NCBI GenBank assembly: GCA_019057475.1
Contig: DXJO01000007.1
Location: forward strand, 43,192 to 107,191
From: Candidatus Thorarchaeota archaeon
GTDB lineage: Archaea; Asgardarchaeota; Thorarchaeia; Thorarchaeales; Thorarchaeaceae
Direction of reading: 5' to 3'
Length of the DNA stretch: 64,000 nt
Shown: positions 29,801-40,700 of the stretch, piece after piece
Position numbering within the stretch: position 1 is the first letter of the stretch
Layout of the letters: every line of letters begins with the position of its first letter
The notes under the pieces: generated by a model
What the model saw: the letters and a program-made list of their open reading frames with translations, nothing else
The model's database searches: none
What the model was told of the DNA's origin: nothing
Position numbers and translations under genes: made by a program

Positions 29801-31686
29801 GTTGAAGCACCAACAGTCAGCACACCAGGAGAACTGCCTGGAGGACCAGTTGTCATGAACCCTGAACCCTCGTTGCCAGCCGAAAAGACATGTAGCACGC
29901 CAGGATAAGCTGGATCAAGGAACAAGGGTGTCGACAGAATGTCCCATGTCAAGGAGTAGTACGCGAACTGACTGGAAGGCTCAGTGACCCAACCCCAAGA
30001 GTTGGTAATCAGGTCGGCCCTGTGGTTGCCAGTGTATGTCATCTCCCTTGATGTGATGTTCGTCATGTCGAAACCACACGCCCAGATGTAGCTGAAGTAG
30101 TCCGATTCACCAGTAAGTGCCTTGACTGACAGAATGTCTGCACCAGGCGCGATACCGGTCATCTGGAAGGTGCTCTCATTGTCGAAGTTGTAGTAGGTAT
30201 TACCGATACCTGCAATGTGGGTCGCGGTCGAAGTGCCGTGACTGTCATCGTCGTAGAAGAGACAAAACATGTCACGATCGGACCTGAAGCCATTGAAGAT
30301 AGGATCGCCATTGTATTCCCCGGTAGTAGCATTAACGACGAACCACCCGGCAGCATCATAACCCCAACAGAGAGAACCGAAGCTGACGTCATCTTTCAAG
30401 TCACCATCATAGTCGTGAGTGACAATTGGATTGTTGAGATCGAAGATCTCACCCGCAGCGAACTCATCAGTGAAGTCGAAATCGAACTCCATGATGATCT
30501 CGTATGCGTCAAAGATGTCGGTAAGATCATAGTTTTTGTACCTGAAAGCACCGTTCCACATCTTCAACCAACCCATTGAGTCCTCCCAATTGAGGATGAG
30601 TTTGTTCGTATTGTCAGCAGTAGCATTGTAGACCATAACAGGTGCGAAGAACTTCGCGTATGGAGTCCACCTCTGCTGGAATATCCAACCTACAGAGTAG
30701 TTACCCTGCACGTTAGTTGGAGCAGGAAGCTTCCAGTCCTCTTGGATATAGTCCAGAATCTGGCCAACATCAACGCCCCAAGCTCCAGCATAGAGCCAGA
30801 TGAAGCCGACTCTATTTTTGTACCAAACACCTGGGCTTCCGTCACCGTAGAGGTATCGACCATAATTGCCTCCGTTCAGGAGTGGGTCCCAGTCGGTAAC
30901 ATTTAGGTAGATGTCGCCGCCTGACTCGTAGGTGAGCATATTGTATGGATCAGCAGTCCACTCAGTCAAGTTCGCTACTGGTGTCGAGTTTGCGTGATAC
31001 CAGCTCATTGCCATGCCAAGTCCAGTTCCGTCATATGTGCCGGGATCTAATGCATGCCGTAGATCGGGGTTACCGAAGTCACAGCCTGTGTCTACGTGCC
31101 CGACAACAACACCGGTGCCGTCATAATTTACCGCAGCACCTGATGTCGCACCAACGACCCCCTTAATGACTTCCATGTCGATACCCTCAGTCGGGGTTTC
31201 CCACTGGAAAGTCTGCGCAATGAGGTCGTCTTCCCTCTCGAATCTGTATAAATTAGAATCGATGAGACCGACACCTTCAATCTCAGCCAACATACTAATT
31301 CGGTCTGCTGATGGAATGGAAACCGACATTGTCGTAAAGATCTTGAGGTCCATAACCATCTCGACATTGACAAGCGCCTCGATTGCATCACGGTCTGCCC
31401 ATGGGGCGACCACAACCATTGCGCTGACACTGCCGTCACGCTTCGTTACCATTTCTTCACTTGCCTCGCCAGTCTCAACCCATTCGGCAAGGAGCGGTGC
31501 AACCGTGGCTGTATAGCCAGGCTGATTCAACGTGTCATACCACGTATCGATTTGCTCCATTGCTTCTGGAGTGAGTTCTGGTGAGCTTGCTAATTCCGCT
31601 CGAGGAGGCGCCGCGGGCGCCATGAAATATGAAAAACATAGTACGAACGCGAAGAGCAGAACTGCCGCTTTATTTGCGTAGCTCAT
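26878..31686 (-). CDS. Large membrane-anchored S8 (subtilisin-like) serine peptidase, about 1600 aa
   Basis: Signal peptide; VDTG, HGT, AGNEG, GTSQAAP; Thr-rich linker plus C-terminal TM; start ATG 31686. Confidence 0.9.
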   Translation of the reverse strand: MSYANKAAVLLFAFVLCFSYFMAPAAPPRAELASSPELTPEAMEQIDTWYDTLNQPGYTATVAPLLAEWVETGEASEEMVTKRDGSVSAMVVVAPWADRDAIEALVNVEMVMDLKIFTTMSVSIPSADRISMLAEIEGVGLIDSNLYRFEREDDLIAQTFQWETPTEGIDMEVIKGVVGATSGAAVNYDGTGVVVGHVDTGCDFGNPDLRHALDPGTYDGTGLGMAMSWYHANSTPVANLTEWTADPYNMLTYESGGDIYLNVTDWDPLLNGGNYGRYLYGDGSPGVWYKNRVGFIWLYAGAWGVDVGQILDYIQEDWKLPAPTNVQGNYSVGWIFQQRWTPYAKFFAPVMVYNATADNTNKLILNWEDSMGWLKMWNGAFRYKNYDLTDIFDAYEIIMEFDFDFTDEFAAGEIFDLNNPIVTHDYDGDLKDDVSFGSLCWGYDAAGWFVVNATTGEYNGDPIFNGFRSDRDMFCLFYDDDSHGTSTATHIAGIGNTYYNFDNESTFQMTGIAPGADILSVKALTGESDYFSYIWACGFDMTNITSREMTYTGNHRADLITNSWGWVTEPSSQFAYYSLTWDILSTPLFLDPAYPGVLHVFSAGNEGSGFMTTGPPGSSPGVLTVGASTTSHWLDYLYGPDQMDYEGIASFSSKGPSFSGYIKPDIVAPGLGGYAGMPLYGVYFNDIWLPSYRHAPGHTWYNYTMFAGTSQAAPVAAGVAALVYEALGGVVNPAQVKNILQYTAVDLGYDPATQGFGRVDAEAACNFVVNDIGMVGASTDSWNYFANFIGDAWAYWGVLPESWTGLDVNSTTEAYPLDNYEGSLFFGQVMAGDVVTNHLSLYDNAADMYDTPMTWDVDWGAAAGYWLENETYMFTSTTFSYNDTVVIDEQMYGYFNLSEQIGSAYDASEGLYWYMTVGVSFDAGDVAGNESWMFLYDWEDLNDDGMPNLWNASSGEGSELSRITSASDVSNTNMMPFARPMGVPVGAGLDGDIVLVIHDPIHDYNQTMPGNDFTCTVIFWGFVEAPELKFAAGGTTNTVNVTLTAPAEVGIHLGYAMVSDGVSPFVKIPYSYTVVANLTADEGEVNTIVEGYGAVLEPYDNAMYGCMDGDPDDWDFRTLVVHNNLGEGYLGIRVIWADTGNDMYVSVLSSEGLELANGHGMTATTTAVIAAVTGDGDYYLHLHPIALNGTLGLPVEYDVEVMWYSDLGTEEVIVTYDADNLPNPIPMAVGETIDEDTATGDHVVINASYPAFELVNMPEYEVTGITISFLAGVYFHETRDLVIPDSSYDPFSGPIQFDEFDWMFVDGIKNGDTVDIEVDFTNGDCDVMVWWTSVDNSTWTYDNNLVGSVMATGAHPEVGSFTADRDGEIAVGCFDYDLAAGTWTLTVDTRVGLDIPAVGPECTYDTYQFLKNGSFQVLVAAVTETNIDFDVNYPSFTFNNFFAPEMLTVTVAGTGASKTISWTSSDLNAGDEHFYEVLISADSGESYQLIATNVTTGSYVWDSTSFLARDTYRAMVRVYDNDPTENPDAAATGEFWMGLTDSLESSVFSAGTLTETTTTDTTPTTTTTTVVQPFLDPLWIGLIAGIGAGVVVVLILFLVKKR

Positions 31687-31978
31687 TTTTTTTCTCTTTC
31701 TCCTCACTTCTGTTACTAGAGAACAAGTCGCTGAGCTATGCAAGCCATAAGACATGACATTGCGTCAACGATAACAACTTCCATGTTTGCCAGGTAGCAA
31801 ACACATCTCCTCAATTTCGCGTTCTCTAGCTTCGATGTGATTGTTCCGTTTCTACAAAAGAGCGCAATAAAAGGATTGTGACTTGTTTTGGGCAAGCAAG
31901 AATGCGCATTTCTGCTGAGATAAGATAAAACGAAACCCGAATGTTTCCAATCTACAGTTAATGGGTCTGAGATGCCTA

Positions 31979-33088
31979 TCAAGCCCGGGTCATTTTCTTG
32001 ATGCTGTCAACGATCTCGTGAGCCATCATAACAGCCCCAATCAGTTCGATCTTGGGCTTATCCCGCTCGCTAGGTGGACCGGTGATTCGTCCCATTGACT
32101 TATCAAGGTTCTCTATCAGATTAGTCAGGGCCACCTTGGCACTGCCATCAATGGAGCTGCCTTCAACCTGTGATATCAACAGCGCCAAGTCTGACATGAC
32201 GCTGTCTGCAATCTCAGTTGCTGTTTGTGCGCGCCGGCTATAATCCTCAATCATAGATTCTCGGGTCTTCAGTGCATCTTCAAGCTGTGTGATCTTCTCG
32301 CCACCACCCACTGTCGCATCCTTTTCGGCAGACTCCATGATGAGTCTAAGGTTGGCAAGTTCTGACTGAAGAATACCTATCCGCTGGTCCTTCGCGCTTA
32401 TGGTCACCAAGAGCTCGTTTTCCTTGTCATCTAATCTCTCTGCCGGCGAAGCTGCTGCCTTTAGCTGGGCCTTCAGCTCCATGTGCGCAGCTTCACGCTC
32501 TGCAACCAATGTTTTTAGAGATTCAATTTCTCCCTGGAACGTTGACAGATTTGCTTCCTTTTCTGATACGAACTCGCTAAGTTTCTTGTTTTCACTCTCA
32601 AGCCTCTGAATCTCAGGCTTGTACCCCTTTGCATCATCCTTAGCTGCGGCCAACTCCTGTTTCAGACTAACGAAGTCCGGATTAGGAGGCGCAATGACAC
32701 GGTTTGCTAATACTGCGAACAGAACGCCGATGATGACTATGTATGCAACCCCTACGAACACTATTCCGAATACAGAATCCGTGACAAACTGAAGCACACG
32801 AACGAACAGACTCCAAGAACCAAGTGTAAGTTCATCAGGTCCCCACCAGATGGATCCAAAGCCTGCATACAGCACCAGCATGAATGCCAGAGCGTAGCAT
32901 ACGATACCTCCTAGAACTAGTAGATTCCTATTGCGTTTCTCCCGTGGCATGTACCTCTGATACAACAGGAAGACAGTTCCCACGAAAATGAGTGGGAGCA
33001 CATAGGGAACCACTGCAGCGACATCGCTGCCTGGAAACTCGAAGTCAATTAGGGCGCCAATGCCCGATGTGATGCCAGGGCTAACCAA
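31979..33088 (-). CDS. Membrane protein with long C-terminal coiled coil
   Basis: About 3 TM helices, then a heptad-rich E/K/L region. Confidence 0.75.
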   Translation of the reverse strand: MVSPGITSGIGALIDFEFPGSDVAAVVPYVLPLIFVGTVFLLYQRYMPREKRNRNLLVLGGIVCYALAFMLVLYAGFGSIWWGPDELTLGSWSLFVRVLQFVTDSVFGIVFVGVAYIVIIGVLFAVLANRVIAPPNPDFVSLKQELAAAKDDAKGYKPEIQRLESENKKLSEFVSEKEANLSTFQGEIESLKTLVAEREAAHMELKAQLKAAASPAERLDDKENELLVTISAKDQRIGILQSELANLRLIMESAEKDATVGGGEKITQLEDALKTRESMIEDYSRRAQTATEIADSVMSDLALLISQVEGSSIDGSAKVALTNLIENLDKSMGRITGPPSERDKPKIELIGAVMMAHEIVDSIKKMTRA

Positions 33089-33221
33089 AGCGAATCCTCC
33101 TAGGAGAGCTGATTATAACTCCAGAACATAGGTTAAATCATTTCTTCCCGTGAACTAACCATGGCTCCATCAAGGATTTGTTGTTCAAACCACCAAAAGG
33201 AGGCAAAATACTGATGCGGTC

Positions 33222-33377
33222 CTACTCCCTCCAAAGATCAGCCTTCAGGGTTTCGTGATCCTCAACTATGAGGTCCAAACTCTTGATGAGCCTGCTTACC
33301 TCGTCGATCGAGAGCAAGAATGCCCCCTTGATGTCACGGTCCTCACCGTTCATTTTTTCTTGGACAAACTTAGACAT
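33222..33377 (-). CDS. Small hypothetical protein (51 aa, MSKFVQEK...)
   Basis: Protein-like helical composition; lies in the gap before the true start of the next gene. Confidence 0.4.
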   Translation of the reverse strand: MSKFVQEKMNGEDRDIKGAFLLSIDEVSRLIKSLDLIVEDHETLKADLWRE

Positions 33378-33584
33378 CAAGCTGTCCGTCCAGGGACGGC
33401 ACTGGACTCTACTCTCAGATTGATTATGTTGCACTTAAGGTCGTATGAAAACTGCCAAAACAGCATCATCCAAACTTGTCAGAAGGCCTTCATTTGTCTG
33501 TCCAACTTGTTCCAGGTTCGTTGCAGCCGCAAGACAATCCTTATTTTGAGAAGGAAAACCCTCTGCACGGACGGAACCACCACA

Positions 33585-36473
33585 ATGTCGCTTATTCACA
33601 ATAACCTCATCAGGAAAGTCGCAGTCGCTGTATTCCTTGCGCTTCTTTTGATGCCCGTATCAATAGTGGTTGTAGAAGCTGCCACCACTGGAAGTACGGA
33701 GCAGACAAGCAAGATTAGCGCGAGCCTTAGCGAGAAGATGGCTAACATTCAGTCTAACGAATTGATACCCATTGTAGTGCAATTCCCTGATGGGTCCGAG
33801 TCTGATTGGATGCGATACGTAATCGAAGCAAGCGACATTGATGATGTCGTTGTCAGGCACGTATTCCACATGATACCAACGGTATCGCTCTATGCAGCCT
33901 CCGATGAAATCACTACATTGGCTACACTTCGTGATGTCAAGTTTCTCTCACTGGATGCGAAGATGTCCATTGACACCGAACTTTCAGACCAAGGAGAAGC
34001 TGCTGCTGCAGACGGTTTTGGCTATCAGCATCCAGACGAGGTTTTGGGCGTGGAGGACTTGTGGGCCCAGGGTTATGATGGTAGTGGCATCACGGTGGCG
34101 ATACTAGACAGCGGTGCGGATGCTTTGCACCCGGATCTCCAAGATAGCCTAGTTGGGTTCCGAGATTTCATCAACGACAATGAGGACCTAGATCCATCAG
34201 ATGGAATCGATGCCTATGACGACAACGGTCACGGAACTGCTTGTGCTTGGCTCGTGGCAGGCTCTGGAGCTGACAATGGAGGTAATTACACTGGAATGGC
34301 ACCGGGGGCGGATCTCCTCATCATCAAGATTCTAGACGCCGCGGGAAATGGAGAAGATTCATTGATAGCCGCAGGCATTGAGTACGCTGTTGACCAAGAT
34401 GCCGATGTAATTAGCATAAGCGTGGGAGGTCAGTGGGTGGACACCGCAGAACCCTCGATAGCCATGGCGCAAGAGGCTGTATCCCAAGGAGTGACAGTTG
34501 TGATTGCATCAGGAAATGAAGGGCCTTCTGCATATACTATGAACTCGCCAGGGGTGACACAGGAAGTCATAACTGTTGGCGCTACAGCGGGAGCCGACGG
34601 AGTTGTTGGGTTCAGCAGCAGAGGACCTGTTGTGAATCAACATACAGAGCCGTACGGCCACTTTGCTAAACCCGATCTTGTCGCACCGGGTTACAATGTG
34701 TTTTCAGGAAGGGCAGCCGATGCCTCGTTTGAGTACTCCATCTACAATCAATCACAGTATGGTAGCTCCTACACCATGTGGTCTGGAACCTCGGCATCAA
34801 CCCCACAGATTGCGGGTCTTGCTGCGCTCCTTCTCGACAAACACGTCGCTTTAACGCCTATCGAAACTAAGACGGCTCTGATGTCTGGGGCAACCGATCT
34901 CGGCGCAGACCCAATGGAACAGGGTTGGGGCCTAGCTAATGCAACAAGGGCATCCGAGATTCTTGAAGAGTCATCGAGGCTGCTGACAATCGTGACTCCA
35001 AAGAGATATCCCACGCTTCCCGGCGGTTCCAAGGTGTTCATTGTAGGTGACGAGCGGGCAGCACAGAATGTCACTGTAATGTCCACGGTGAACCGAGGTG
35101 CTCTTGACATTGAGCTGACCGGAAATGTGAGTCAATTCATCGTTGTTGACGAGAGCGTTGCTGTAGCAGTAGGATACTCGTACTTCACCATAGACTTGGA
35201 AGTTCCAACCAACCTATCACTCGATGCAGTCGGACCCTACGAAGGGCAAGTGGCGTTGATTTCAGGCACAGATACATTCGCTACAATGGACCTTCACCTC
35301 ACAATCACTGTATTTGGCGGACGATTGCTTGTAGATATGGCGCATCACTCGTATGAAGACCCTGATGATCCATCACTCTATCAATACTTCAGGGAATACT
35401 TAGAAGAACGCGGCGTGATAATGGAGGAATTCTCAAGCCCTGAGAATCCCCAACCCATTGACTCGGATGCATTAGCTGCCGCTGATACATTCATGATTAT
35501 GGATACGGAAACCCCATATGACGCAGACGAGATTGATGCACTTCATCAACTTGTTCAGGAAGGCGGAACTCTGCTTGTCATGTCCGAGTTCTACAATAGC
35601 ACCGACGGTACCGCTGCATTCGCGATAGATTCATACAACGAGATTTTGGCTCCTTACGGAATCGAGTGTGAGGAGTATGAGATCGGTGTGGGTTCACTTC
35701 CCATGACAGGGGAGGTATATGGAGCAGATCACGGAGGAGCTGTGGAAAATCACTCGCTAGTGGAGGGTGTGGATAATCTATACATCACGTGGGGATCCAC
35801 ATTGCACGTTGATAGTGCAGTCGCAGGAGCGCAAGGGCTGCTCTGGGTGGATGCTGCAAAAACACACGCAATCGTAGCAACGGTTGATTATGGTCTTGGC
35901 AGAGTAATAGTTGTTTCAGATGGGTCAATACTATACGATACATGGCTGTATGATGCCATCCGCGAAGACGCTGACAACTTGAGGCTCTTGAAGAATATCG
36001 CATCTTCGCTTCTTTCAGTAAAGCCAAGAATTTACGACGTCGAAATGAAGGCCGGACAGATAGGTGAACCAGCGAATGTGACTGCATTCGTCTTCAGTGA
36101 CAACATTGAGGAAGTCACAATCGAGGTGTATGCACCTAATGGCTTGAACATCACTGGAGCAGCTACGGAAACCCTAGGCTACAGATTCACTCAGGCATTC
36201 ACCTTGAAGAGTGCTGGGTTCTATGAGGTGAAGATAGTTGCCACCGATGCAGATGGAAACACAAGGATTGTGGAACGGATTTTCTTGGTGCCAATCGACT
36301 TTGTACCTGATGATGTTGTGATTGGGGTCATCGTTGCTCTGTTGGCAGTAGTTGTGACAGGGGTGGTATACGTCGGAATCAAACACTTTGGAATAGGCAA
36401 GCGAAGGAAGCGCCGAGTAGAACCCGAGTGGGAGATAAGTGTCGGAAACGGTGATCCTCCCACTATCCAATAG
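33585..36473 (+). CDS. Membrane-anchored S8 peptidase with site-1-protease (MBTPS1)-like domain order
   Basis: LDSG, HGT, GTSASTP; downstream RLLVDMAH...MDTETPYDADEI...LLVMSEFYN domain; C-terminal TM plus basic stop-transfer; start ATG 33585. Confidence 0.88.
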   Translation: MSLIHNNLIRKVAVAVFLALLLMPVSIVVVEAATTGSTEQTSKISASLSEKMANIQSNELIPIVVQFPDGSESDWMRYVIEASDIDDVVVRHVFHMIPTVSLYAASDEITTLATLRDVKFLSLDAKMSIDTELSDQGEAAAADGFGYQHPDEVLGVEDLWAQGYDGSGITVAILDSGADALHPDLQDSLVGFRDFINDNEDLDPSDGIDAYDDNGHGTACAWLVAGSGADNGGNYTGMAPGADLLIIKILDAAGNGEDSLIAAGIEYAVDQDADVISISVGGQWVDTAEPSIAMAQEAVSQGVTVVIASGNEGPSAYTMNSPGVTQEVITVGATAGADGVVGFSSRGPVVNQHTEPYGHFAKPDLVAPGYNVFSGRAADASFEYSIYNQSQYGSSYTMWSGTSASTPQIAGLAALLLDKHVALTPIETKTALMSGATDLGADPMEQGWGLANATRASEILEESSRLLTIVTPKRYPTLPGGSKVFIVGDERAAQNVTVMSTVNRGALDIELTGNVSQFIVVDESVAVAVGYSYFTIDLEVPTNLSLDAVGPYEGQVALISGTDTFATMDLHLTITVFGGRLLVDMAHHSYEDPDDPSLYQYFREYLEERGVIMEEFSSPENPQPIDSDALAAADTFMIMDTETPYDADEIDALHQLVQEGGTLLVMSEFYNSTDGTAAFAIDSYNEILAPYGIECEEYEIGVGSLPMTGEVYGADHGGAVENHSLVEGVDNLYITWGSTLHVDSAVAGAQGLLWVDAAKTHAIVATVDYGLGRVIVVSDGSILYDTWLYDAIREDADNLRLLKNIASSLLSVKPRIYDVEMKAGQIGEPANVTAFVFSDNIEEVTIEVYAPNGLNITGAATETLGYRFTQAFTLKSAGFYEVKIVATDADGNTRIVERIFLVPIDFVPDDVVIGVIVALLAVVVTGVVYVGIKHFGIGKRRKRRVEPEWEISVGNGDPPTIQ

Positions 36474-37746
36474 GACCAAGCATGTTCTCCAAGAGATCCT
36501 TGATGCGCTCATGTCTAGGCTTGAGAAGGGGCTTCTCGCTGAGCTTTGCTCCTGACTCAATCCGCTCAAGAATCTGATAGGCGATGGGAGCTCCCATTCT
36601 CGCGGAAAGAACCTGTCCTCCAATCAAACGATCATCCTTGGTCGTTACAAGTGCAATCTTGGCGAATTCAGCAGGATCATCCAGATAATGAGTTTTCGTT
36701 TTAATTCCTGCCCCAGAGGCGGTGATTGAAGAGTGTCCAATGCACACAATGTCTGTGTTGAAGATACGGTCGTATTGTAGCTTTAATGCCGTATCGCTGT
36801 AAACCTTCTTGCCGCCCACTGCAGTCACACCAGCCTGACGACCCGCACGAGCAGCGGCGCTACCAACCGGCAGCAGCATAGGTTTGCCAGATAGGCGATC
36901 CATCAGTTCAACGCAGTCACCCACTGCGTAGACTCCATCTGCAGAGGTTTCCATGGTCGGTCCAACTACTACGCCACCCAGGGAACCAATCTTCAAGCCA
37001 AGAGTCTTAGCGAGTTCTGTGTTCGGACTTACTCCAGTCATGAAGAGAACAGCGTCTGCAAGCATTTCTTCACTTCCGACGACCAGCCCCTTGACTCGGT
37101 CCGTCCCAGTAACTCGTTCGGGTGATGAGCCTTTGTGGACAATCACCCCAGGGGGGATGCGCGACTCCAACTCATCGCTCATTGGCTCTTCAAGAAGACG
37201 GCGCATGAAACGTGAACGAACGATGAGATGAACATCCTTGCCCATCTCGCGTAGTCGATCAGCAGTTTCCAACCCGCTGAATCCAGCTCCCACTATAATC
37301 ACGGTTTCCGCATCCCGTAGAGTCTCTCCGATTCTGCTTGCATCCACCATGGTCTGGATTGTGTGGACACCAGGCAGGTCTACGCCCGGCATCTCAGGAA
37401 CTGCAGGTACTCCTCCTGTGGCAAGAACCAGCTTGTCGTAGCTGATTGTGGAAGACTTGCCCTTCGAGTCAACTGTCTGGAGCGTACGTTCCCCAGTATC
37501 AGCGGAAATGACTCGCACGCCAGGACTAACCTCGATCCGTTTCTTGCGTAGTGTATCATATGACCAATCAGCTATGAAGAGTTTTTCAGAATCAGGAAAC
37601 TCCAGAGCTAGGGAAGAACCCGGCTTCCTGTGCGCCTGTATCGTTTCATCGGTAATGAGTAAAATCTCAGCATCTCTGTCGAAAGCTCTTGCGGCAGTTG
37701 CAGCTGCGACTCCACCCGGTCCATATCCTATTATGACAAGCTTCAT
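36463..37746 (-). CDS. FAD-dependent pyridine nucleotide-disulfide oxidoreductase family protein
   Basis: GYGPGG, ATGG, VGAGFSGLE, YAVGDC. Confidence 0.85.
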   Translation of the reverse strand: MKLVIIGYGPGGVAAATAARAFDRDAEILLITDETIQAHRKPGSSLALEFPDSEKLFIADWSYDTLRKKRIEVSPGVRVISADTGERTLQTVDSKGKSSTISYDKLVLATGGVPAVPEMPGVDLPGVHTIQTMVDASRIGETLRDAETVIIVGAGFSGLETADRLREMGKDVHLIVRSRFMRRLLEEPMSDELESRIPPGVIVHKGSSPERVTGTDRVKGLVVGSEEMLADAVLFMTGVSPNTELAKTLGLKIGSLGGVVVGPTMETSADGVYAVGDCVELMDRLSGKPMLLPVGSAAARAGRQAGVTAVGGKKVYSDTALKLQYDRIFNTDIVCIGHSSITASGAGIKTKTHYLDDPAEFAKIALVTTKDDRLIGGQVLSARMGAPIAYQILERIESGAKLSEKPLLKPRHERIKDLLENMLGPIG

Positions 37747-37751
37747 GGTTC

Positions 37752-40700
37752 TTAACCGCCTCTACGTCTTAAACGAATCTGGTAAATAACCGCTACTATA
37801 ACAACTAAACCCACGATTGGCAGCAGGAGCAAGACCATGGAGTTGTCTTCAATGACTGATAGCGTACCTAATTGGTGTTCGATTACATCGCCATCTAGGC
37901 CCTTGGCCACGGCGTAGACGTCATAGTCACCCACCATGAATCCAGATGCAGAGATATCGAACACGTATTCTCCTTGAGACCCAGACAGCGTGAAGTTTAG
38001 CCAGAGTCCTTGTTGTGAACGGAACCCAATGTAGACTCTGTCCACCAGATGGTAGCCTTCCAGGACAATTGTGCCTGTTACGTAATCCTGAATCAATAAC
38101 CCAACTCTCACAGTATTCTGATCGAGAACAGCAGAGGCAAAGCGCAGAACATAACCAAGACCTGCCGAGAGGGCTACAATTGGCATCGTGAAGCTCTCTT
38201 CGGAATCATTCACAACGAGAAGAACGCTGAGGAGATCATTTGCTTCCAGAATCTCAAGACCCACTTGAATATTCAGCGAGTTAATTCCCGATCCTAGTCC
38301 GGAGTCAATCACAGACAGGCTTCCTGTGACTACACTCCACTGAATACTCAGCGAGGATGTAGGGTCATCTCGGTCGCTGATTGCCACATTGAAAGAGTAT
38401 CCGATGTCTGAAGGCGTTATAGTAACACCATCAACAAGCGGACGCCACTGATTCATCAAGTCTGCCGGGTCTGTTACATCTGCAGGAGAAAGAGATTGGT
38501 TGTGAGTGGAAATAGCGATTGTACCACGCGTTGTGGAGTCTGAACGTTCAACCAAGAGAAAGACAGTACTCGCATCACTCCACCAGTCTGCGGCTAATGC
38601 TGAAGGTAGAAACGAGGATCCAAGCCAACCATAGGCGTGGGCTGCGCCTGCAGTCACATTTACCATGAGGTCCACACCACTTTGCCCAGTTGATGAATTC
38701 GAGTCAGTGTCCCATTTTAATGTCAATGTATTGCTGGAGGCAAAATCGGGAATTCCCCGCATCGTCACTGCCAGCCCAAGTTGATCTGCCTCTTGATATG
38801 CCTTCACAGAAAGAATGTCCAGGCTTGCATTCAATGCATTATCAACCGAGTCATCAATGACCTCAGTGAGTCCAACCCAATCTGCAGCAGTCATCCCAGT
38901 TTCGAAGGAGAGGTCGAGAACATGTCTGACTGACCAAAGTGAATCACAGAGGCCGTAGCCCCAATCAGTCAACGAAGGCGACTTGTGATCCTCCTCGCCT
39001 CCGGCACCCTCCAGCAGAGCTGTCATGCTCAACCAACCAGTATCACTCTGTGCTGCCTGCCGTATCAACGCAAGAACACCCGCCACGTGTGGAGCGGCCA
39101 TGCTTGTACCACTTTTCCCTATCCACAGAGATGTTATACTCCTGGATGCGGCTTTTATGTTGACTCCAGGTGCCGCCACTTCAGGCTTAGATACGCCGTC
39201 TATGCGGGGACCCATGCTGGATGATGTACTGATTGAATGAGAGGCTTCCGAGTACGCCGCCACGGTCACACCCAAATCGGCGGTGCCAGGAGAACTGATT
39301 GTTCGCATATCGTCAACGTGAGATGAGAATCTGAGATTCAACCCATCCCACCTGTTGTCCCATGCGTATCCGTCCACCCAGATGGATTCACCAGAGGGAT
39401 TGCTAACTGAGATGGTCCAGGTTCCAGAATCCCATTCGTGATTCTCCGTTGAGAGTTGAATTATGAGCCTGTTCAAACCGCGCGTACTGACATCAGCAAA
39501 GACGTAGGCGCTGATGTTGGGTGCATTCAAAGGCAGAGCTGAACCAGCCAAGTCGCTGAAAGCGCCCAGATCTATCGAATCACCGCTTCCAGGAGGTGTG
39601 AGTATTACATGCTCATCTCGGTCGGAGCTGTGCCACAGAAGGCTCACGAATCCATGCTGAGGGGGATTGAAAACCGACAGATTTACATCTGAACTTCCGC
39701 CAGCAGTAACTTCAAACCCTGCGTGCTTTGACAGTCCACGCAGATTGCCAGCAGCCAATGTCGAAAGCGTTCCGTTAATCATGAGTGCTTCAGACACCGC
39801 CAAATCCTCAATGTCCGTCCCATCGAGGAAGCCCAGATAGCTTGAGAAGGACATATTGATTATGTCCGCGTCGTTCATAACGGCGAAGTGAATGCCATCC
39901 AGAATATCACTTGATTCAAGGTCACTCTTGACGATAATGAGGTCCGCCCCAGGGGCAACTCCAACCAGTGAAGTGAAACCGGGCTGACCGCCCGCTATCG
40001 TTGATGCAACGTGTGATCCGTGTCCATGATAATCGCTAACTGATGGACCTTGAGTTGTGAGGTTGACTCCTCTGACATAGACCGCATTGTTCGGCTGGTC
40101 ATAGAAGATGGATATCTTTGACTCTCCAAACACCACGACCTTCTCCGTTGGAAGTGAGATTACATTGTCGTGGTTTGCATCCACTCCACCAATCCATAAA
40201 TCCCCGAGATTGTATTGGAAGACGCCGTCATCATCAACGTCGATGTACATGTAATTCTCTGAGTACGCGAATGCCGTGAGATCCTGAGAAACTACCGAAG
40301 CAATAGGTCCCTCTTTAGGATCAGCTATTGTGTCATTGTCCAGGTCCACATAGAAATCTGCACCCTGTTGAATCACCGTCAGTTCACTGGTATTCTGACG
40401 CCAAAAGCTGGGATGACGCCACTCTGCACCCGTGTCAATCACCGCAACGGTGATACCACTGCCATTGATTGAGTTGCCATCTTCCTTGATGTTGTTCCAT
40501 ACCTCTGGAGCGTTCACAGCGGGCACGGAAGTACTGAGTGCTGGGATGAACTTCTTGCTACCGGAGGTGGCTTTCACCAATCCGAGTGAATCTAGCGCAG
40601 TTAATGCATCAACACTTGGCACATATGCAGAGTAGATCCGCCCAACATTGACGATGGATGAGCCTCGACGGTCAAACACCACACCCATACCCTCAGCTAT

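Noticed and set aside
33255-33584. 110-aa N-terminal extension of the S8 ORF
   Set aside because: The signal peptide starts after ATG 33585; the extension looks non-coding and overlaps an opposite-strand small ORF
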